Positions 55,251-64,000 of a stretch of DNA of 64,000 bases are shown one piece after another; the stretch's first letter is position 1, and every line of letters begins with the position of its first letter. A program made the position numbers and the translations under genes. The stretch is from Octopus vulgaris (Eukaryota). The stretch is from the NCBI GenBank assembly GCA_951406725.2, contig OX597823.1, positions 22,196,001 to 22,260,000 on the forward strand, in the 5' to 3' direction. The notes under the pieces were generated by a model. The model had not been told where the DNA came from, did no database searches, and saw only the letters and a program-made list of their open reading frames with translations.

Positions 55251-57399
55251 GAATGGATAAAATAAGAATTAGAGCAAAGAAGAAACAATTATTAGAAAGC
55301 GACATGGAAGAAAAAATAGGATAGAAAGAAAGAGAAAGAAATGAGGCAGAAAGGGGAAGAGGGAAGAATTGTAGACAGAAGTGACAAAGAAACTGATCAA
55401 GCAGCTTTATTGCATCGACAAAATACTGCTGGGAAAAGAAGACTGTTAAGAGTAAAATCTACATCTCCAATCACGCGGAAGTTTCATCTATTGAAACCAA
55501 GATTCGACCTCATAACTTACAGCGGAATAAATGGTATCTGCCAGTTCTGCACCTCAGTGGAATATTTATCACACGAATATCTTCTATATAGAAAGGAATA
55601 AAGGGCGCAAGTGTCTACATTCAGATTATTCCAAAAGGCCAAAAAACAAAGGAAAGAGATGGGAGGTTGCAAAATATGAGATCGTATCTCACAAAGAAAA
55701 TAAGAAGCAAGATAAATAATAATACAATTTAAGAAAGTGAACACCATTATTATAGTGAAATGAAATCTGTGCCATTTTTGTGATATTTTCAGTTTTTTGC
55801 TAGAATATTTCACTTTTGGGAAACTTAACAACTGTTGTCATAAGGGCAAAACTATGCTAAAGAATAAGCCGAATTTCCTGGAGTATACAAGAGTAAACGG
55901 TTTTTACTGCATAGGCAAGTTTATAATTGGGCGTCTTTTCTACACGCATAGAGTTAACTCTATGTAGTTGACTCCAAACAAGCAAAGAATCAATCAAACA
56001 AATGACATTAGAATAAATAAGTGTAAATAGTGGTTGTTTAGATGAGTCGGTTAAAATCTTAATTCATTCAAAAATGGCTCATAAGTAAAAGTGTATAAAA
56101 TGAGTGAAAAGTGGAGAATACTATAATGCATGATAGTTATTTACCTGCAGCAAATACTGTATTTAAGAATGAAGAGAATTCAGACAGATGATATTAGTGA
56201 ACAACAGTTGAAGAAGTAGTCATGATATTTAGAATAAAGATTGAGAATTACCACATGGAAACGATTTTCATCTTATTCTCAGCTATGATAATACTCCAGT
56301 GGTGAATTTAGTAAATATACATCGTCCAAAGTTAGAATCCAATGACATATACTTAAACTACTCATTTAATGAACCTGGTTGTTAAGCAAATAATCATATA
56401 AAAAAGGAAATAAAAAAAAACATCGACGTAATTAAATTATTTTTACAACATAAGGTGGCATAGACTAGCTGTCTGGCATCATGACAATCCAATTTAGAAT
56501 GGAAAAAATTTCAGCAGTTGTCTGTAAATTCCTGTCTTGAATTTGAGGTAAATAACTTGAACAGTATATGTTCATAGCAAAGACCCTTTAAAGTTAAGAA
56601 GAATAAACGGTCTCTGACGATTTAGAAAAATTCTCTGTGTATGCGAGCGCGTTTGTGTGAACGTGGACAAACTTTAAACTCTCAAGATGCGACTGCAAAT
56701 TTCGATTATGTTACACTTCTGCTGAGGACATAACTCATGTGGTCAGCAGCTGCCAAAATATATCATCAAGATGCTACCTTCCACTGCAACATGATGTGCA
56801 GCAACAATTATGAACAGTGTCATCTGCAGAAAAGACTGCCCTGTGGTAAGTATAGAGAACACCTCTCCTATGGAACACATAAATACATCTCAACGCATGG
56901 AATATTGGTGGAATATTCCCATTCTCATCAAAAGCCCGTTCTAGAAAACGAACTCAAAAATTTATGATAGTGGACTTAACACCCTAGCCACTAGGTTATG
57001 CGTCTTCACATGCATACACACACATACACATGTCCTCGCATACGTGGCGAACATGGAACAAAGAACACTTTGTTATAGAGTATAATTGTATTTAATTGGC
57101 CGGTGTCTTGTGTCGGTGTTGTAAGTCCCACGAATGCTCGATCCAAAATGTGAATAATGTTAGTCTGAACTGAGAAATATTCAAATTCAACATGGAGACG
57201 GCACCTAATTGTTTCATTGGTGAACAAAGAACATAACAGTTGGATGAAAAAAGCGATAGTTCATAACTGAAAATGTTCACAGGATAATGTAGAGATCGAT
57301 ATATTTTAAGAGGAATAATTGTTCTTGACTTGGTTGTCAGAACTAAAATTTAGAATAAATTTTAGCCTATTTTAGCCTATTTCAGAGACTGTATAACAT

Positions 57400-57756
57400 C
57401 TGTTGATTCAGCTAGTCTGCAACTCAAAATAATCTATGAGGATACACAATTTGTTCAGAGTGAAGAGGGAAGAGCTACCTCCCTGTAAATTTGTTGAAAG
57501 TTGGATGAGAGTGAAAACTATGGCCCGAGTGAGTTGGCCGACACTGAACATGTACCTGCAGATTAAAGGAGAACAAAAAATAATCAGTGTAATCTTGATA
57601 TATGGAGTTTCCAGGTATAACCCTCGGAAGTTTCACTGTTAAACTTTTATTGTTACTGTTATTTTTCTCTTTACGCGCTCTTTCATGGAATCCCACATTT
57701 TATCATCCTGTAACGTCCTCGATCTTCATGTAAACCCTTAGTGGTTGATAAGGAAT

Positions 57757-57760
<4 letters not shown>
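57400..57760 (+). mobile_element. Decayed L1/Tx1-like 3' end
   Basis: RVKREELPPCKFVESWMRVKTMARV parallels the Tx1-like C-terminus at 23.3 kb. Ends ccttagtggttgataa before (ATT)n. Confidence 0.5.
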
Positions 57761-57814
<54 letters not shown>

Positions 57815-58131
57815 AATTCACTGATGACCTCCTCCTCCAATGAAAAGGCTTAATGTGCGGAAGAGTTCTATAAAACTCACGCGTGCTTTCAAACTGCATA
57901 ATATTTGTAAAACAAACATAACAGAGTTCAGAAAAGAAGACAAGAAAGATTTATTCTTCTTCTCCATGTTTTCTACATGCAATTAGATTCGAAATTTATG
58001 AGGAACGCATCTAAAAGAAAATTGGCAAACAACAAAACAACATAGTTCTCAAAAGAAACCAAACAAAAATATAATAGCGTTTCAATTAAGGGCAATTATT
58101 ATTCCTGTTATTGATATTGTTATTATTATTA

Positions 58132-58162
<31 letters not shown>

Positions 58163-58241
58163 CAACATTATTATTATTATTATTATTATTATCATCATCA
58201 TCATCATCATCAACATTATTATTATTATTATTATTATTATT

Positions 58242-59153
58242 CAGTAGTTTTATTTTTATTTTTATAGCGTGCTTTCACTTCACTACCGAGCGCAGCTCTG
58301 TGTGCCTTGGGTATGTGCTGTGATTTGTTGTGATGCTCTGATGGTTATTGTATGGAAAGTGTTCTGCGTAGGATGTGGGCAGTGCCTAGTAGTGCAATTT
58401 TCTGTATGTTATATGTGTTTGTAAGTCCTGGTGTTTTTGTTATGTATTTGTCTGAATATTTTTTTATCATGCCTAATGCACCTACTATGATAGGAATTGT
58501 TTCTGTTTTCAGATTCCACATTCTAGTTACCTCTATTTCCAGGTCTTTGTATTTTGAGAGTTTCTCCATTTCTTTTAGAGACACGTTGTCATCTGCCGGT
58601 ATTGATACATCAATTAAAAAGCATTTTTTTTCTTCATGATCTCTGACAACTATATCTGGTCTGTTGGCCTTAATTTCTCTATCTGTGTGTATCGGCATAT
58701 CCCAGAGTATGGTTGCTTTCTCGTTTTCTGTGACCTTTTCTGGTGTGTGCCTATACCATCTTTTTTCTGTTGTTATTCCATAATGTTGGCATAGCTTCCA
58801 ATGTATGTAGGTTCCAACTCTGTCATGTCTGTGAATATATTCCTTCTTAGCCAGGACTGGGCAGCTAGAGATAATATGATTTATTGTTTCTTGTCCATCT
58901 CCACATATTCTGCAGTTACTTGTAATATTTCTTTTCATTACATGTTTTTGGTAATTTCTGGTGGGGAGGCTTTGGTCTTGTGCTGCAATTAAAAATCCCT
59001 CTGTTTCTGCTTTGAGTCCTGAGCTTCTCAACCATTGCTGGGATTTTTCTTTATCTATTTCTTTTGCGTTTAGTTTAGTGCAGTATTTACCATGAAGGGG
59101 CTTTTCTTGCCATCGTTTTATCATGGTTCGTTGCTGTTCTGTTTTTAATTTGG

Positions 59154-59154
<1 letters not shown>
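58242..59154 (-). mobile_element. Young 5'-truncated R4/Dong-like non-LTR retrotransposon (CCHC finger plus restriction-like endonuclease) inserted in (TAA)n
   Basis: Uninterrupted frame SKLKTEQQRTMIKRWQEKPLHG...CRICGDGQETINHIISSC...YIHRHDRV...ANRPDIVV...LIDVSIP...EKLSKYKDL...TAHILRRTLSIQ* (stop at 58345). About 100-nt 3' UTR. (AAT)n on both sides. Confidence 0.92.
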
Positions 59155-59205
<51 letters not shown>

Positions 59206-60436
59206 CTTCTATAGTTTTTGCAAGTTTCTACTGATCCACCTGGTACATCTTCGTGTTTCTCGGGTATTGTATTATTGTAGCTTCTTGCTTTTGTGGGAGT
59301 TCGAAGAGTATAGACCCTTCCTGTTAATGAGCTGCATCGGTTTATCTTGTAACAGGGATGAACTTTTTTCTTGTATTATATTCGTGTTTGTTCTTGTGTG
59401 CGTGTGTGATGTGTGTAATGTGCGTTGTGTTGTTGTATTGGGCATTAATCTTGTTGAGCATATTTTGTGAGAGTTGTGTGGTTTATTTTATACGTGCTCA
59501 TTGTATAGCTGTGTTTATATACGAAGATTATTCAATTAAGCTGTTCTGTTGAATCAGTAATGTCTTGCACAAGATTTGGGCTGTTTCCACAAGTGTTAGT
59601 TTTGGAGCGTGTGAAGTATCGAGCCATGGTTTTTCCATAGTTTTATCTCACCTAATGCTCACATTATTATTGATTATTATTATTGTTCAGCATGAACAAA
59701 ATTAAAACAATATTTTAAAAGTTCAAAATCCCACTTTGAATTCCTCGAGGGGAAATATTGTCAGCAACAACAAAAACAGCAACAAAAATAATAAGACTCA
59801 AGCTCTTTGCTCAACGAAAACATTTCTGTTATTCTGCACAGCAACGGCTACTTTACTAGAATAGTTTACAAGATAGAATATTTGCACGTAGATCACTTCT
59901 CAGAGAAAGATTTAATGGAGAAAGCACGCTACGAAGAACAGTATCCTTCTATTGACGACTGTATAGATGAACGAGTAAAGAAAACTTTGTTTAACTTTGT
60001 CTCATAAAAACATGGAGGGCTTTGCAAATACTCTCAAAAAAGGATAGCTTAATGAAAGGCAGTCATACGCGCGAGAAAAAATTCTAAAGACTTCTGAAGA
60101 GTCGTTTTCTGGACAAGGCTTTTGAGGCACTAACCCAGAGTGTCACTTCGTTGCATCCTCAGCTTTAAAAGCAACACGCGCGCGCGCATAGTGTATTCTG
60201 AGCCATCCCTACACCGAGTTAGAACATTTCACTTCATGCACTGCCGAAAGCTGCATGCAGTCGTACTTTGAAGCTCTCAAGAAAATCTACTATAGTTGTT
60301 TACTATACTTCTCACTTGAGCTGCTATGACATTTTCAGGTAGGAACGCAATTGCTTTCGTCACGTCGTGCTACCATGCAGCGCTTATTTCGACTAATCTG
60401 ATAGTTGTGCGTAAATAACAATGATAGTCATAATAA

Positions 60437-60835
60437 TGGTTTCAAATTTTGCCACAAGTGCAGCAATTTGGGAGGAGGGGATGAGTCGATTAAATCGATC
60501 CCAATTAAATCAACACCAAAGTCAACCGCCGATGTCGATTTTGCCTTTCATCCTTTCGGGTAGACCCTCTCCTATGCAGCTGGTAGTTAATTTGTCGATA
60601 TCAAATAGATGAAAGGCAAAGGTAGCCTCTGCGGTATTAGAAATGAGAACATAAAGCCGGAAGAAATTCTGCAAAGCATTTTGTCCGGCAAACGATTCAG
60701 CCAACTCACAGCCGAATAATAATAATAATAATAGTAATAGTAATAATAATCATAATAACAATAACAACAACAACAACAACAACAACAATAACAATGATGA
60801 TAATAATAACAACAACAACAACAACAACAACAACG

Positions 60836-60887
<52 letters not shown>

Positions 60888-61090
60888 GAAGAAGAAGAAG
60901 AAGAAGAAGAATGGTTTCAAATTTTGGCACAAGGCCAGCAAGGTAGGGACGGGGAGTAAGTCGGTTACACCGACTCCACTGTTCAACTAGTACTTATTTT
61001 ATCGACTCCAAAAAGATGAAAGGCAAAATTGAACTCAGAACATAAAGGCGGACGAAATGCTGCTAATCATTTTGCACGGAGTGCTAATGA
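60437..61090 (-). mobile_element. Two decayed SINE family 1 copies (60437-60705 and 60912-61090) separated by (AAT/AAC/AAG)n
   Basis: Both begin on the + strand with ggtttcaaattttg.cacaag (reverse complement of the tail) and contain gatgaaaggcaaa. Confidence 0.75.
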
Positions 61091-61154
61091 TTCTGTTGGA
61101 TCGCCGCCTAATAATAATGAAAATAATGATGATGACGATGATGATAATGATGGA

Positions 61155-61440
61155 TTCTCTGGTCGAAGACGACGTATGAGTCTTCAGTTTTTTCCGAACG
61201 ACCTGCACAAATGATTTGTTTAAAAGGATCAAATGTATGTGCCGCACATTAGCTCACTCCATCCGTCAAATCAACTTTGCTTGAATAGGTGCACAGTGGA
61301 CCACGTTTCAGGTGTCGAAGTGATCACAGAGCAACGTGAGATGGAGTGTTTTGCTCAGGAACGCAACCCATCACTCGGTCTAGGAACTGAAACCACGATG
61401 TCGCGATCGTTAGCGCAACACTTTAACCACTAGGCCATGG
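61155..61440 (-). mobile_element. tRNA-derived SINE family 3, second copy
   Basis: Head CATGGCCTAGTGGTTAAAG and B-box-like GGTTTCAGTTCC. The body matches 11390-11668. Confidence 0.75.
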
Positions 61441-61570
61441 TTGTGATGCATGTGCTTGGTGTGCCCTTATCAGACAGGTAATGACGATGGGTATACTGGG
61501 ATTTGTATATTTTACCCTAGTGTCACTTTGATGGAATGCACTGCTCTCTCACTCATTAATAATAATAATG

Positions 61571-61643
<73 letters not shown>

Positions 61644-61791
61644 TAATAATAATAATGATAATGATGATAATAATTATAATTATAATGATGACGATGATGA
61701 TGATGATGATGATGTGATGATGCTGATGATGATTATAATAACAATAGTTAATAAAGACAGCAGACAGACAGAGTGATAGACAGACAGAGAG

Positions 61792-61884
<93 letters not shown>

Positions 61885-61945
61885 GGAGATAATTAAGAGG
61901 CTGAAACAAGAAAGGAAATTAAGATAGAAATATGTGAACACATAC

Positions 61946-62213
61946 CTGCAAGGTCAGCGACGGCCATATTAGACAGAAGCATGTTGGTGATGTTACGCAG
62001 TTTCCGTGTAAGACCAATCAATAAGAGAATTGATATATTGCCAATGATTGAGATAACAAAGACAATTGTATAAAGACTGACAAGTGCTATATCATTCCAA
62101 TCAAATAGCATTGCCATATCGTCTGCATAATCTTGAAACAAATCAGTGAAATTGCCCAGTGATCCGTTATACAGATCAAACATCATTTCATCTATATCAG
62201 ATACTGATGCCAT
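61946..62213 (-). CDS. GPCR coding exon 1: N-terminus, TM1, ICL1, first half of TM2
   Basis: MASVSDIDEM...YTIVFVISIIGNISILLLIGLTRKLRNITNMLLSNMAVADLA. N-glycosylation sequons NGS and NFT. Donor CAG|GTATG with GT at 61945-61944, phase 1. Confidence 0.93.
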
Positions 62214-62464
62214 CTTGGTGGTTTTCTAGGTTTTTTTTTTGTTTTTGTTTTCTTTAAGTCTGTTGGTTTGATATTTTTATTTCTATTTCGTTGATGATAA
62301 TGATGCTGGTATTAGTGATGACTTTGAAGATGATGGGTAAGAGGAGAAGGATACTATCAAAATCATGTTCCAAAAGCGCAGCAATTATACCTATATTAAA
62401 AATAGCTACACACACAGACATATATATGTATACACGCACATACAAACATGTTCATATGTATGTG

Positions 62465-62525
<61 letters not shown>

Positions 62526-62532
62526 GTATATA

Positions 62533-62568
<36 letters not shown>

Positions 62569-63184
62569 TGTATGTACGTATTTGATAATGAAAAGTTACA
62601 TTGACAGCAGATGCTGCTCTGTCAAGATCGAAACAAGACTTTCTCGGTGTAGACAGATCAAAGTTTACGGGAGACTAACGGACGCCATATTTACAAGTGT
62701 TAAATAATTGCAAGGGACACAAAATATTAGTTCTTCATCTCAGCCAGAAGACAACCCATGAGATTGACGATGATATTTCAGCATAAATCACCCTGTTGTG
62801 TGATCTGAAACAATATGGAGTGTTGTTTGTTGCATACGGATGCTCGTTCGAGCGTGTTCGTTTATTTGTTTGTAGGTGTGTGTTGAAACAGCAGAAGTAG
62901 GCGGTGTATATAGACTTCCAGGAAACACATACATTTGTTTGTAGGTGAAGCCGTATAGTTTTTTCATCTCCTTCATGTTGATATTCTTCCTACATTTCCT
63001 TCAAAAATATTTTTTGCAAAATCTTTTCTTATTTACTTTCAGAGTCTCCAGGCTTTTAGAGTACTTCCATCCATATTAATAGATATCTTCAACAATCTCT
63101 GCATCATTGTTCTGAAATATAAAACAGAATGTCTGTGATAAAATATATATGTGTGTATACCTGTGTGAGTGTGTTTAGTGTACG

Positions 63185-63218
<34 letters not shown>

Positions 63219-63526
63219 TGTATGTATGTATGTATGTATGTATGTATGTATGTATGTATGTATGTACGTACGTATGTATATATATATATATATATATATA
63301 TAATCGGTAAATGAACACCTGAAGTGGATCCAACGGAAATATACCCTAAATGTGGATGACACCAGGTAGCCCCACGCGTGCTAGTGCTTTACTGAATACA
63401 TCAACTTACTAACTGACACATACCAATTATATATATATATACATATATATACTTCTAATATAAGGATAACATTTTATTTAAAAATTTCATCAGTGGCCAG
63501 CATATGAAAAATACCTTTTAATGTGA

Positions 63527-63564
<38 letters not shown>

Positions 63565-64000
63565 GCACGCACGCACACACATGCAAATAATATTATTAAT
63601 ATAATAACACATGGAAAAGAAATCAACGTTCATTAAAATATACACAAAGTTTCCTATATATTTATAATGCCTGGACAATGATTCTTGTTTCTGACTAAAA
63701 TGTGGGTAACCATATATACATCCAGCATGTGTCAATAGGTCATATAATGAAACTAGTATACACAGCGGCGTTGACGGAATTTTAAAGAACATCAACTGGA
63801 ATATATCGAAAGCGGCCGACACTTCAATGAAATTTATATACTAATAGATTATGTATAAAAAATTAGTTCACATAAAGAATTTAAGCTGTGGAATTAATAA
63901 TTAAATAGTTAAGGGCATATCAAATATTAGTGATTGAGATAAATATTTCTTAGACGCAACGAGAAAATCATTTGTTCTTTGTACTAAATTTAGTAAAAAC

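Noticed and set aside
63530-64000. Penelope-like relic or promoter of the GPCR
   Set aside because: Only weak residual similarity and no definable promoter elements; cannot be supported from sequence alone.

Overview
AT-rich, microsatellite-saturated eukaryotic (animal) genomic DNA. The repeat landscape is most like an octopus or other cephalopod genome; this is inferred from recalled SINE families and microsatellite density, not from a search. The only host gene I can support is a complete 4-exon, minus-strand class A (rhodopsin-type) neuropeptide-like GPCR. Its CDS is 62213-61946, 34836-34741, 15093-14414 and 7409-6963 (1491 nt, 496 aa plus stop), with GT-AG introns of about 27.1, 19.6 and 7.0 kb and matching phases at every junction. 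Introns and flanks hold retroelement fragments (CR1-like, L1/Tx1-like, R4/Dong-like, Penelope-like, RTE-like), at least three tRNA-derived SINE families, a Tc1/mariner-type relic and Helitron pieces. The most notable non-coding signals are: (1) a complete type I hammerhead ribozyme fold at 20206-20310; (2) insertions of several element classes sitting inside specific microsatellites; (3) a SINE 3' tail shared with the local Tx1-like LINE; (4) a head-to-tail SINE array with a recurring spacer; (5) long intronic fold-back structures. Most short ORFs in the track are microsatellite artefacts. Repeat boundaries were read by eye and are approximate.
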